Below, in pieces: positions 41,401 through 54,400 of a stretch of DNA of 64,000 bases (positions are counted from its first letter, which is position 1; each line of letters starts with the position of its first letter). Source of the DNA: Acanthaster planci (Eukaryota); NCBI RefSeq assembly GCF_001949145.1, contig NW_019091356.1, positions 3,330,934-3,394,933 on the forward strand, written 5' to 3'. The notes below the pieces were generated by a model. The model saw only the letters and a program-made list of their open reading frames with translations. It ran no database searches and had not been told where the DNA came from. A program made the position numbers and the translations under genes.

Positions 41401-42533
41401 ATGTACGCTTTTCAAAGACACAAAGTGTAGAACATGTCCAAAAATGGAAGTATACCTTAAAAGGAAAAAAATTCTGGAGACAATTTATACTCCAAATTGT
41501 GTTGGTATTGAAACTTCCAAGAATCAGGTGACATCACTTTTACTCTCATGACAGATGGAACATAAAACGAGATTACCTCTCATTTCTGGACATTTTGGAA
41601 ATTAGTTTTTCAGTAGGCTTATATTTCTTTCAGTTTTGCTTTTCCAATGGTTTTTGCCTTCCAAGCAGTGTTTGTAGTGTTGCATCATTCCTTTTTAGTA
41701 TTTGGCCACTTAAAGTGGTTTTGTTTGCTTTCAGTTTTCAAAAGCAAATTACAAAATAATCATTGCGACCTTCTGTGAAATGTCCTAAATTGAAGCTTTT
41801 GTTTTTAGTCATAACCAAAACTCCATGGCCGATTTCAGCATGGAAATAGTCATATGATATGAAAGACAAAGAAGTGGCCCCCAAATATCTGGGAGATTCA
41901 TCTGCTCAAGTATATTTTTTTCCACTGTTGAATTTCATGTTAGTATTGCAAATACATGTGTACATGTACATTGTACATGTATGATGAAATTTTTGAATAT
42001 TTAATAATAAACTCCTTAATAAGTTTTGAAGCATTTTGTGCATGTCTTGGATTCACAAATGGAAACGTTGAAAAATTCTCTCTTTCAAACCCTTTTTTTT
42101 TTTACAGAAATGGCACTGAGCAAATAGGTAACAAAACCTTTTTTCCTTGTTGTGGTTTCCGTGATTCTCACCCTTTGGTTTCAAGTAAAAAAAGTGCTTT
42201 TGATTTGAGTGGAAAGTTTCGCAAGCACACAGTTGTTGTGAGTAGGGTAAAAAAAGGCGGGAAAGTTGTTAACTGCCATAATCGGATTTTGCTCCTTTAT
42301 CTTTTTTTATCTTGAGAGTACTTTGTATCATATTCAATGATGAAATAGCTCCACAGTGTATTTGTACTAAGGGTGAGTCATAGCGTTAATGACTGTACTT
42401 GTGCAGGCTGCAAACTTTACATCAATGTAGATACAGGTGTGATATATTTCTTCTGTTTGTATTAGATGTACAGAGTGGAATGTTTTATGTCTTCATGTTA
42501 CAGTGTATGTTATATACTTGTGGTTTTTTCTGT

Positions 42534-42818
42534 TTCCGAAAATGGGTCACTTGGGAAACATTCCCATAGGAACGTGCACAAAATTTTTCAAACTTTACCG
42601 TCCCATAATTCAATGTTCCCTAATCCGATCTTAACAAATCTTTGCATGTTTTCCTTTCGGACCCTAATTTATCATCTCTCAAAATGTGGACAAAAAAAAT
42701 TTTCCTCCTTTTGGTAGTTGGAGCATTAGGGAGACATTGAAATATCTCCCTAATGACCGATGTCTCCCTAATGTTGAAAAATTGACCACAAAATGTCTCC
42801 CAAGTGAAGTATTTGGAA
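42534..42818. mobile_element. MITE-like inverted repeat with internal TCTCCCTAATG repeats
   Basis: TCACTTGGGAAACATT (42547-42562) versus AATGTCTCCCAAGTGA (42792-42807). Confidence 0.5.
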
Positions 42819-43144
42819 ATATTAACTTTATGTTAATAGAAGTGATTAGTAGGTCAAGTAACATACTTTGTTTAAAATAGAGAGGATGGAGGATGTACTG
42901 CACTGGGAGGTACCAAACTAGAGGTCTGTTTAGTTTGATGAAGGAAATAAAACAGTCTTGAGAGTTCATCCAAGGGAGACAGACGTTTTGTTTTTTTGCT
43001 CTGCGACTTTACTGTTTGATTTTAAAAAGGTCGGCCATGCCCCCCTTGGACCTCAAGTATTCCGCAGTGAAGAGACACGTGCTTACGTTCCCAGAGTAGA
43101 CTTAAATCTATAAATGAGACTTTCCCTAGAATCGTATGTTGGAA

Positions 43145-43172
43145 CATGGAGGAAGGAATTCCTTCCTCCATG
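43145..43172. repeat. Perfect 28-bp palindrome
   Basis: CATGGAGGAAGGAATTCCTTCCTCCATG is its own reverse complement. Confidence 0.9.
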
Positions 43173-44648
43173 GTTGGATCACACAAATTCAGAATTTCTG
43201 GGCCTCTTTGGCTGGATTGGTTCTCTGCTCATGCCTGAGGTGGTCTCAGCAAACAAAGATTAGGTCACAGTTGTTGACTTAGCCATGCAGTTAACTGTCT
43301 GTCTGGCCTGTGTGTTTGGTTGCTGTGTGCTGTGGTCAGAGCATGGTCCAAGCATGATTCACATGTTAATTGTTGGGGAGACAAAAGACATCTGAGGGCC
43401 TACTCTTCTGTGTATATGCCAATAACTTGCCTTGTTGTACACGCTGTACCTGAGCATTTTCCTGTCAAAGAAGGAGACAGAGTCAGCTTTACGTTATTAT
43501 TATTATAATTATTGTTCATTAGGCATTCGTCAGAAATACACAATACAAAGACTGGACATATAAGTAAGCTCTATGGTGAAATCATGCCGTGGTAAAATTA
43601 ACAAGGACTACAGAAGTAAGCCATCAGCAAATGCCAAGAAGAGAAAAAAAAAATAACTGACTTACAGGCCCTTCCTTTCCAATACTTTTGCCTAATACAA
43701 AAATACCTGTGCATCTCTAAGGATTTCTTTCTCTTCCTTCCAATCTTAATATCATATGCATACAACGTACATCTCATCAATTGATTACTGACCATACATA
43801 TATTGACTGTAGGCTGCTTTGCATTACTGATTAAAGTCGGCCCACTGAATATGTAATGTACAGACCATTAGATGTGCATATAACTGCACAGGTGCTATAG
43901 ACAAGAGTCCAGACCCTGACTGAGGTTGCTATTTGTCATGTTATGTAACAGTCTTGGCTTGTACATGTACAGGGGTCTGTTGCTATGAATAGAGGTTGGA
44001 TTACACAGGTGACCTGCTCACACAGTTTTCTATTGATCATTGGGACAGCGGGGTCCAGACTGAAGAACATGGGGTGATTGTGTGCTGACATAAGGTACTT
44101 AGGTTATCTGTTGTAGTTGCCATGACTGTGCATAAATTCCCCCCTCTTGTTGCCTCTGTGGGGCCCGCTCGCTGTCTCTCCAACTGTCAAACATTAACTC
44201 TAGCATTAATAAAGGACATAGCTGAATGTACATCAAGGAACACTTATTAATCAGCCTGTCATCAACAGTCCATTCAGCAGAGGATCATCGTTAGTTCAAC
44301 TGGCAGAGGGGGTATTTGCCCGTTAGATTTTGTTTTAATCCCCTTGTCCCTGATTTCACATAAGTGTTTTTTTTGGGTTCCTCTGAGCAAACCGTCTGCT
44401 CATGATACACGTACATGGTGTTCTTCTGAAAATGATGACGAGAATACATGGCCAGATTTGAGTGAAAATGAATGTGCAGAACTGTTATTTTGTTGTCGCC
44501 GTCACAATACACTGAACTGTCACAGATTATGTCGACTCGGACTATTGAAGTGAAGGGTGAGTTCAAGTGTGTTCTCTGTTTGCTGTGTGTTGTCGCGCAC
44601 CAGTCTTTGCCCTTCTCAGGCATTCATCAAAGGGTTTATATGAGACAA

Positions 44649-44768
44649 TAGAGGCTTTGTCCGGCAGCCATCTTGCGGGGCAGTTCCTTCACTCCAGTAG
44701 GAAACCTTTGTGCATACCAGTTTGAATAAAAGAACAGTTCTGCAAGATGGCTACCGTGCAAAGCCTCT
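44649..44768. mobile_element. Short foldback MITE, second copy of the 5024-5134 family
   Basis: TAGAGGCTTTGTCCGGCAGCCATCTTGC ... GCAAGATGGCTACCGTGCAAAGCCTCT. Confidence 0.7.
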
Positions 44769-45863
44769 CTACCGACAGAATTGTAATGTTCTTGGCTGGA
44801 AGCAACTTTTCTCCTATGGGTTACTTATCATTTACATCGTACCGTACCCGAATATTTGCTCAAAATCCATCCAGATTGCCAAAAAAGCTCCCGTACATGT
44901 ATCTACACTCTCAACTTAGTAATGAAAGGGTTTCAGGATTGTTGAAACTTGAGCGGTTAGTTATTTCCTGTCAATTGTAGCGACGAATATGGCCTTTTCC
45001 CTACTCTTTCTGTCAGTTCTGGGTGCTGTGCTGATTCTGTCAGGGAAATGTATCAGTTGTGTGCCTGGAGCATGCAGCTGTGGCAAAATCCCACAAGAAT
45101 AGTGAATCTAGGCATTTTCTCCCTCGGGTGTTGGGTTGACCAGTTGTTTTTTCCTCAGGTTAAATGTTCTTCATGCATGTGCCAGACTGCCGGTACATTC
45201 TATGTTAATATGTTTTGATTGGTTGATTCAGATGAAAACCCGCACTGCTGGTCTAGAGTAGCAGCAAGAAGAAAGCTGAATTCACTGCCAGTGCCAATAC
45301 TTTACTAGACACAACAATGAATGCCTAGTTTGGCATGTAGTCCTCTTTTTGGAAAGGAGGGTTGGGGAGGCTTGACCTAAACGTAGGTTTTGATCAAAGA
45401 ACTCGAACCAGTCAGTTCTAGACGACACGCCCTGTAAGCAGATTTACTCTTCTCACGGCACCAAAGGTTTGGGACATGGGGAGCATTGGGGCATGCTCAT
45501 AGTTATATGTTGCTTGTTTAAGTGTTAGCTTTTTGGTCTTATCTTTATTCATTGGGATCGATTGATTTTGGTGACAGAGATTTTTAATGAGCGTACTTGT
45601 GTCAGTGTTGACAGTCTTAAAACTGAAACATTTTTCTCCAAGATTATGCTTTCTTTTCAATCATTCTTAGATCCTTCAGTCTTGGGCTGAATTCAGACCT
45701 CTGTAAACATCTATCTGTAAATTTCCTTTCAGAAAAATGCCTTCATTATGCCATTATCCCCTGTCCAATTCCAGACTCCAATTATGACATTGTCACTTAC
45801 TAGTTTTGAATTATACAGGTCACTGCAGAGTGTGATTCAATTCATTGGCTTGCTGGCACTCAA

Positions 45864-46047
45864 ATGAGTTACCTGATGGGACTTGAGTTTATGGTAGATG
45901 AGTTACCTGATGGGACTTGAGAGTTTCGTAGATGAGTTACCTGATGGGACTTGAGATTTTGGTAGATGAGTTACCTGATGGGACTTGAGATTTTGGTAGA
46001 TGAGTTACCTGACCGGGGACTTGAGTTTTTGGTAGATGAGTTACCTG
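45864..46047 (+). repeat. Minisatellite, ~34-bp unit, ~5.3 copies
   Basis: Unit ATGAGTTACCTGATGGGACTTGAGWTTTGGTAG tandemly repeated, directly abutting a MITE. Confidence 0.92.
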
Positions 46048-46223
46048 CAGGTGTGAGATTTCTCAGCTTTTAGCTGATTTCAGCTTTTTTTGTTTAGGAT
46101 TTTAGCTTTATTTCTTCACTGGCTATGTACAAAAGTATAGGAGATTTTCACAGTTCAGCTTCTTTATGCCTTTTTTTTCCAGCTGTTTTCAGCTATTGTT
46201 ATCATTGGTCAATCTCATCCCTG
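46048..46223 (-). mobile_element. Diverged relative of the CAGGG-terminal MITE family
   Basis: CAGGTGTGAGA..TCTCATCCCTG termini, TTTCAGCTTT repeats, and a GTACAAAAGTATAGGA motif shared with the other copies. Confidence 0.6.
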
Positions 46224-49200
46224 ACTTTGTGTAGAAGGTTAAGAAATTGTTTGATTGAGATCTGCTGACCATGGTTAGGCCGACCCTACTGCAGGACTCT
46301 ACTAAATAAAGCCTTTTGCAAGTCAAATTTGACTAAAATTTGGTACACTGAGTTCTTCAAATTTACCTGAACGTAAGTTTAATTCTTCATACTAAAGACA
46401 CTGTTGCTACATGTACATGTACTTTTCTTAGTTACATAAGAGATGCCTTGCACCTATACATTGTTTCAGTGGATCAGAACTGTGCAAAGGAACAGAGATG
46501 GCAGTCACTATGCAAAAGCCCAGAATCACAAAGTGTAGCAACAGTGTCTTCAGTCTGGGGAATTCTAATTGTTATGTTTATGTGTAATCAGATAACCCAG
46601 CGTACCAGATTTTATTCCAATTTGACCCACAGCATTGTTGTGCCTCGCCCCCGGTCATTCAGAAGCATTCACAGGCTGAAAAAAAAAAAACATCGAGGCC
46701 CCCCCACATTTTTCATCTCTCTGTCAAACTCTCTTTTGCCCACTCTGGTCCCTATTTGAGCAAAGCTTTGTCCGAGGATGACATCTATTTTTGTCCAGAG
46801 TCCGGCCTGATCCTGTTATCAATATTAGTGCTGTTAGTTATTACTGATCTCCATGGTGAAACTGCCAGTGAGGTACTTAGTTATCCATTATTTGCCAATC
46901 CTTCAAATTCAGAGGGGATTTCACATTAAAGTTATATGTGTTGTTAGTTCCTTCAGAATAAAAAAAAAAAACACTACGAAACAAAGTACAGTAGTGCTAA
47001 CCTTTGTTTGTTTTCCAGCTTTCTACAATAATTAACCATAACTGCTTGATATGGTTGTATAATAACTTACAATACCAACCCGTGTAAATTTAGATATTAT
47101 AGCCATAGGGAAGAGATATTAATTAGTGTTGTAAGTGTATCCTTGTTGAAGAATTAAATAGGGACTAGACATGGAATACGTGTTTTAAGTTAGTGTTGCC
47201 ATGAACATAGACCAAGGACCATTTGGCCCAATGCACATCATATTATTATGCAAAGTACCTGAGCCCATTTTGAATAGCCATGCTGGAACACAGCGTACTT
47301 GCCCTGGATATTTGCTATGCCTGGCATGATGGCAGCATGGCAGCGTGCACAGTGATTATAAAAGTGAGCCACTGATATTTGCATATTTAAATATTCAGGA
47401 GCTGTTCTAAGAAACTGACCCTTTGGCCAGCACAGGATGGACATACATGTACATGTACATGGACCAGACAGATACATTAGTACAGGCAGCTGGGTGGGCT
47501 GCTGAGGGTGGGGCAGAGTGTTGAAACAGGATAAAAAGTGGAAATTGCTTATCACTAGGGGTCTCTGAGTGACCATGGTGTGACCTATGTGTAGAGGTAT
47601 TGCTCATCGTTGTGCAATGTCTTATCCCTCCACGGCGCCACCAACTGAAGGCTGGGGGGGGGCTGAATGAAAATAAATAACTAGAGGTCAATGTGCATGC
47701 ATGAATATTTACTGATTCTCTTTTGTGCTGTTGCCAATTGTTGGTAGTCACGCTATATCATTTGTGAAGTCGACGGCGGACAGTTTATTGATTTTTACAT
47801 CAGCTCCACCGTTGGGGGATATTATTTGCGCTGAAATTTGAAGCTCTCTGGAATTATTTTGACTCTTTGAAATGGACAAGGAAGATGGTGAATCAGGTGA
47901 GCTTTTAACATGTTTAAGTATGTGCTCAAATGTGTTACCAATGTGACAGGTTGTGCATCTTTCAATGGTCACATGGCACTCACATGTGTAGGCCTACAGG
48001 TATAGCTTGGGGATGTTTGGTGGTTACACAGTCCAGCCTCATAAAATGGTTGTGATCTTTCTATTTCTTCAATTTTGTTTGCAAACTAGTGACAGTTTTT
48101 GAAATATTTTTGAACAGATTTAGAAATCCTTTTTTTTTTAATAATCAGGTCCTGATGTTCATATCTCCTCCCACCAAAAGATTCTGACCCTGCTAATCGA
48201 GGAGAGGGAACAAATACGAATTATTGACACCATGACTACGTGTACACACGTAAGCAATCCCTAGGACTGCAATACAGAGGCATTGAATTGAAAATGGATT
48301 ACCTGTCCATTAGACATGATTAGATTATTTTGAGAATGGTTGAAAATGAAAATCTGGTCACAAATTACCCTACTGAGAAAGTTTGTTTAGGGTTGAAATC
48401 ATGGAGGTTGAACACATGGCTAAACAAGATTGATAGACATACGTGCATAATAAATGGCCGACATGCTCTTGTACAGGCTACATGTACCGTACCCCTTGAC
48501 TAATGACTGTTTGCACTCAGGAAAGCTAGCTCTTAAACATCATTTGTCTTTGCCGCAAGCACGACACACACACACACAGAGTGGAACATACCGTTGTGAC
48601 AGACAATGCTATAAAATTGTACCTGTCATGTCAATTTGGCCCTCAATTTCCAAAGCATCTTATTTCCACTCAAAGACGCTTATATTCACCATACAGGCAA
48701 TATCCCTGGCACTGTGCTTTCAAAAACCTTATTTTGCCTCACAATTTGTGGAGGATGCCCTTGGGTGGCGTTTAAGTTACCATACAGCTCTGCCCAAAAT
48801 TATTTATACCCTTTGAAAATGTGGCAGTTTGCTGCTTTGTAAAAAAAAAAATTTGACTGGACTGATGGTCAACCCAGGCACACACAACTAGAATTTCCTT
48901 TGCCAAAGCTCATCTGGGCAAAGATCTAAGCCTACGGTTGTCTTTTGGCTGTAAATCCTAGGTTACCCAAAGTTGGAGTAGGCCTCTATGAATAATTTTG
49001 GGCTTAACTGGACATGTGCGATGCATACCTGTAATTCTCTGTCATCATAAAATTTAAGTACTGCTTGGATTTTTGCATATTTTATATGGATACGATCGTG
49101 AGGGTTCCATGCCAAACTGACGAGAGGTCTTGTGATGCATCGGTACGCACATGTCATCATGGTTATCGCATAAATTTTCCGTCCCCACCTTGCGTGATTT

Positions 49201-49909
49201 TTCCCATTTAGTGAAATTAGCACAGCGTGGGAAAGATGAATCGTATTCTCATACGCCAGGGCATAATTTATCTTTGGACTACATGTAGCCAGGTGAAAAC
49301 AGATTTTAGACAGGCTACAGTAAATAGCCTTGTGTACAGATGTTGAACTCGGCTTTAGTTCCCGTTGATATTAAAAGACCGAACCATGTGTTCAACTTTA
49401 AAAGTGTCATCGAAAGTTACCAGACATTTGTTAAAAAACAAATAATTGCAGAGGAGTGGCTAAGGCAACTCCAGAGGTGTTTTCTTGGACAGAGTGACAA
49501 ATCCGATCTGTAAAGTTCCGTGCAGGGAGGAAGTGTGTCTCCGGTATCTGTTTGTTTGGGACGCCAGCTTCCCAAGACCACTCTTCCCATGGTGCCAGCG
49601 CCGCATTTTTTTCCCACCTCTTTTTTGGGCCCTTTCTACTTTGTCTTTTTAACTAAAAACACCCGTTCTCTCATCTTAGCCCACATACCTGCATTCGCAT
49701 GTGACTGAATTCCTAGTGTTGAAAATGCGAGGATTGTGGGTGTTTGGATTTGGAGGGAACAGGCTGGAATTGTAGAAAGACAAGGCTATTACAAGTTCGC
49801 TGTACATTTTGGGAAGAATGGAGCATACCGTCTGCCATATATCTCAAACTTGCTCCTTTCACTCCACTTTAAACATTCATTCTTTATGTAAACCATATTT
49901 ATCTATTTT

Positions 49910-50094
49910 CAAGAATGTGAGAATCCATTTTTTTTCCAGCTGATTTCAGCCTTTTTGTTTAATTGTTTAGTTATCGACCCTGAATTTCAGCTTTTTTGTA
50001 CACCTGGTCCGTACAGAAGTATGGGAACCTTTTACATTTCAGCTTTTTGCTAGCTGTTTTCGGCTGCAGTTTTAAGTGGCCACTCACACCCCTG
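49910..50094 (-). mobile_element. hAT-like MITE, CAGGGGTGYGAG family, copy 3
   Basis: Reverse-oriented copy ending GTGGCCACTCACACCCCTG; TATTTT on both flanks (49904-49909, 50095-50100). Confidence 0.75.
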
Positions 50095-51430
50095 TATTTT
50101 GCACTTAATAGATTAATAGACTGAAATGGTTGTCATTCATGAGGAAGTATCGTTAAATACCTAAACTCAAGGTCACTTGTTTGAAATCCCAAAGGTGAAA
50201 TGTAATAGATTGAATGGAGAAATTATCTTCCATTACAATCAAAGATAGGGATTCTGGTTATAAAAACGGTACCTTTTGATTTCAGTCATTCTGTAGGGCT
50301 TTTTTGAGGGTGCTGTAAAAAAGTGTAATCACACGGCTGCCCAGTTTTACCTAACGAGATTTTGCCAGCCAAAGTGCTGTTTTGTTTTTGTTTTTTTATT
50401 GAAAAATTCGATGTGTTGTTTCTGCGTGATGTTTCAATGGAGACACTGCTAGCTCTTTCTGTACCAAAGAATATCTGGAGCTGATATGCCTGAATGAATC
50501 TCATCGAACAAAGGCAGTATACCACACCAGGTTTCTGAGCCAAAGGCAATGGCCCTTCAACTGTGAATAAGGGCAGATTTTGCACTACAGTGAGAACCCT
50601 CAAAAAAGGTGGAACCGCGCACAAAAAGTTGAAACTCGGGCTGGCGCATTATACCAATGCACTGCAGTGAACTACTACAAGTGTATGCAGGTCACATAAT
50701 GAGGCTCAATTGGTACACTGTCGCATTGCACAGATAGACAATTGATCTGGAGGTGTTTATGGTGATGTTGCCATAGGTTTCACAAAAATCTTGTGGTCCT
50801 AAAAATTGAACTGGAAAAAAGTGGTGGATTTTGTATGCAGGGACATGTTTTTATACTTCCTAAAACCCAACTTTTTCTGCTGTTTTTTTTTTTCTTGCTG
50901 TAAGCTAATGGTGCATTCCTCTTTTTTTTAAAACCAAAATATTGTTTTCGTATGCAGTTAAAACTTGAACGAATACTGTATGTTGGATTTGGTGGCTTTC
51001 TGTTTCGGCTGTTTATTTTGTGCAGTCAGATTTTGTTACTGGAGAAAAAAAGGGTACAATATCTTGGTGATTCACCTGTAGTTTTGGGAAACAGAAAAAA
51101 GTAATTTACTTCTTGACTCTACATGGATTCATCCCTGCTAAGTCTCCCTTTCCGCGTGGGTCCCTCAGAAATTCTCCTGGAGGTTTCTTTAGCAGATTTT
51201 ATGTGTTGAGATAGGCAGAGCTTGGTGACGGTTATTCAGGTCTTGATGCCCCTTGAAAGTTGAAGGACTTACAAAGAATCTGCAATTGGTTTCCTGCACT
51301 GCAGAGAATTAGAGAGATTAATGGAAGAATCTCATCAAGAATGCCAGAGCAGAAAGGGTTTGTAGTGGGGAATTTTCTGAATAGGAGTACAGCTTTGTCC
51401 TTCTGTTCCACAGCCGCTGACCCACAAGAT

Positions 51431-54400
51431 ATGACAGCCGAAGAGCCCCAGACTTGGGCTGCCAACAATGCTGCCCCTCCCAGCGAGCCTCCCCCTCCGT
51501 ACAACAGTGTAGAGGTTGACTTTGCCACAGCCAGCAATGGGAAGACCGCGGCTGCACCACTGAAGATGGGGAAGGTCGCAGAGAACGGCAATTCGCCGAA
51601 GAGGAAGGGCAGCCAGGAGGGGGAAGGCAAGGAGAAAAAAGAGAAGAAGGAGGAGATTAAGCCGGTCAGCATCATCCGACTGGTGAGTCCTCAATAGAAT
51701 CTCTTAGGATTGGAAGGGTTGCGTGCTGGACGTACCAGGTAGTAACAAGATGAAAGTTTTGGGGGAGCATTTGCCTGATGGTGGACAGAGCCGACCATCA
51801 GAAACATTTGAGTTCAAGAGTTCATTTCAGAACCTCACTGACGAAGCACATCCATGTGATGTTGCTGCTCAACTCTCTCATCATAACAAGCTCTTGCTCT
51901 GTGACTTTTCATTGCAATTTGCAGTTGAATATATCGCCTCTCCCAATTTACCAGGATTATTTGACACGTGGAATGGATGTGTGTACATGTACATAAAAAA
52001 GAATGTTTTGTGGACCGGTCCAAAATTAAAAACAGTCAGGGGCATACTGCTGTTTTGATGATGAGTCGTTGTCCCTGTTTGTCCCATTTGATGTCGTATG
52101 TATTAGCCCCACTTTGGTTCATCTTTGCTGTCTTGTCCCCTTTTCAGTATCGTTTTGCCAGTGCATTGGATATTCTCATCACGCTGTGCGCCGTGGGATT
52201 CTCCATCGCTCAAGGCGTGTCCTTCCCCCTTCTCTTGCTGTACTTTGGCGACATCACCGACGCCTTTATTGGTTCGGGTAATTTGGGCGGGTCCCTGCCT
52301 GCAAATACAACCGTGCCTCCTGGGTTCTACGAGGACCAGTAAGTACAGATCATCTTGGCCCGGTAGTCTGGTCCCTCAAACTCATAACTCACAAACTCAC
52401 CTTTGTCTTTTGTTGCCACATTATAGCCGAAATATTCGGCTGGATGATGGACTCATTCATGAAGAAGGAACGGAAAATTACCATAAGATTCTGAGTGGTT
52501 TTTATTTAGTCACGGAGGACCCATATGCAAATCACTGTGGAGTTTGCCCTGTGGGTACTCTATTACAAATGAGCGCAGTGACCATTTCCGACATGCACTT
52601 TTTTTTGACTCGGCCCGTGTAGATTCCTGAACGAAATTGTCAGATTCTGTGCCATCTACGCTATTCTGGGCGGGGCCATGATGGTGGTGGCCTACTTCTC
52701 CCACTCGCTGTGGAACACGACGGCCTCCCGGCAGATGTTCAAGATCCGCCAGCGATTCTTTGCTGCCATCCTCCGGCAGGAGATCGGCTGGTTCGACACC
52801 CACGAGAGCGGGGAGCTCAACACGCGACTGTCCGAGTAAGCACATCAGTAACCACATAACTGAGTATTTGATGACCTTTAAGAGAAGCTTGCACCCCACA
52901 CATCAGACGTGATCCTCCAACATCTTTCACCCACACGATATCCATTTTCATGAGGATGATGAACTGAAAAACTGTGCAGAACTCTACCCCAACTGTACGC
53001 CCTCTCGCTAAAACAGTCAAGTTACGCCCTTGTAACCTTTCCAGACCATTTAAAATGGGAGAGGAGGTCTTGTAGGACTTTTTAGGATTGAAGACACTTT
53101 AAGCCCATCCATACTTCTGTGTGCGGAGTAAGGTCTGTGAAAAGTTAAAAATGCAGATAATGAACCATTGAAGGTTCCCAGCCCCAAAATGCTTAATAAG
53201 GTCAGTTGATTTCGTTTCGCTGCAGAAAAACATTTAGGGCCCTGCATTTTCAATCTTAGGAGAATCTTTCTTCAAATCGATTACGACCCAGTCTAACAAA
53301 AGGGGTCACAGAAGACACCCTTAAGTTTAAGGCTGTTGGAAGAATCTTACACAGAGCAAATGAGATGGAACCCACATCATCTTGAACCCACTTAAGGACC
53401 ATTTCCCTGAGGGTGCCAAACTGAGTGATACATTACAGCAAAGAGTTCAATTTGCTTGTTCTAAAACTACAAGAAGACTTGACTTTTTAAAAAATGGCCA
53501 AAGACCCACACATTCTAATGACAGTTTTTTTAATGTTCAGTTTGTGTGCGGTTTGCATCTACACGCATTCTTGCCTGAAAATGTAAAGTTGAGACAACAG
53601 TGGAAGTAGTGATAGCCTTGCCACCAAATGAGACAGGAACCTTGTTAAGAATGAGAGTTTTTGATGTCAAAAGTTGAAATGTACAGAATCCACCGTGGAT
53701 TCAGGAAATGCTCAGAGAGTTGAAGTTGATTGATGTCATTTTCCTGCTTGAACCTTGCAGCGATGTGCAGAAGATCAAAGACGGCATCGGTGACAAGGTG
53801 GGCCAGACTCTGTACCTGCTAACCGTCTTCGTAGCGGGCCTGGTCCTGGGCTTTGTCAAGAGTTGGAAGCTGACGCTGGTCATCCTGGCTATCTCCCCGT
53901 TGGTCATCCTCAGCGCCGGCATCATGACCAAAGTAAGACCCTGACCCCGCACCGAGCTGCTTAACAAATTCCTGTGCTTACCAGATATGAGCTGGGAACC
54001 AGTCTATTCTGTCCCCTCAATAAGTAAAGCATGGGCCATTTTGATCAGTAACCCACTTCTTCAAAGCAAAAGGTTCCCTTAATTAGCATAAATTTATGTG
54101 TTGCAGCTCTGTGAAATGGGTCAAAAGTTGAAGATGAGTTACCTGGACACATTTCTGTGGCCTTTGTCTCTTTTCTAAATCCATTTGTGGGCCTTCACGG
54201 GGGTTTTATATCAAATTGAATGATTGGAATTCTCCAAAACCGCAAAGTGGCCCATATTAAGGCAGAATCTCTAAAATTAGGGCCAAGCATTTTCAAGCCA
54301 TGTTTTTATCCCAACTCCAAAGTTGGAAATATGACCAAGGTTTGAGGCTTTTGTAGCTTGGTTATTACCTTTAGTTGACGTGGATAGACAGGGAACTGAA

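Noticed and set aside
45864..46047. 34-bp repeats resembling a CRISPR array
   Set aside because: The units are directly tandem with no unique spacers, there are no cas genes, and the context is eukaryotic; this is a minisatellite.
51260..51430. Longer ABCB1 N-terminus from the ORF track
   Set aside because: It starts at a TTG in intronic sequence upstream of a clear polypyrimidine tract and CAG acceptor at 51411-51413.
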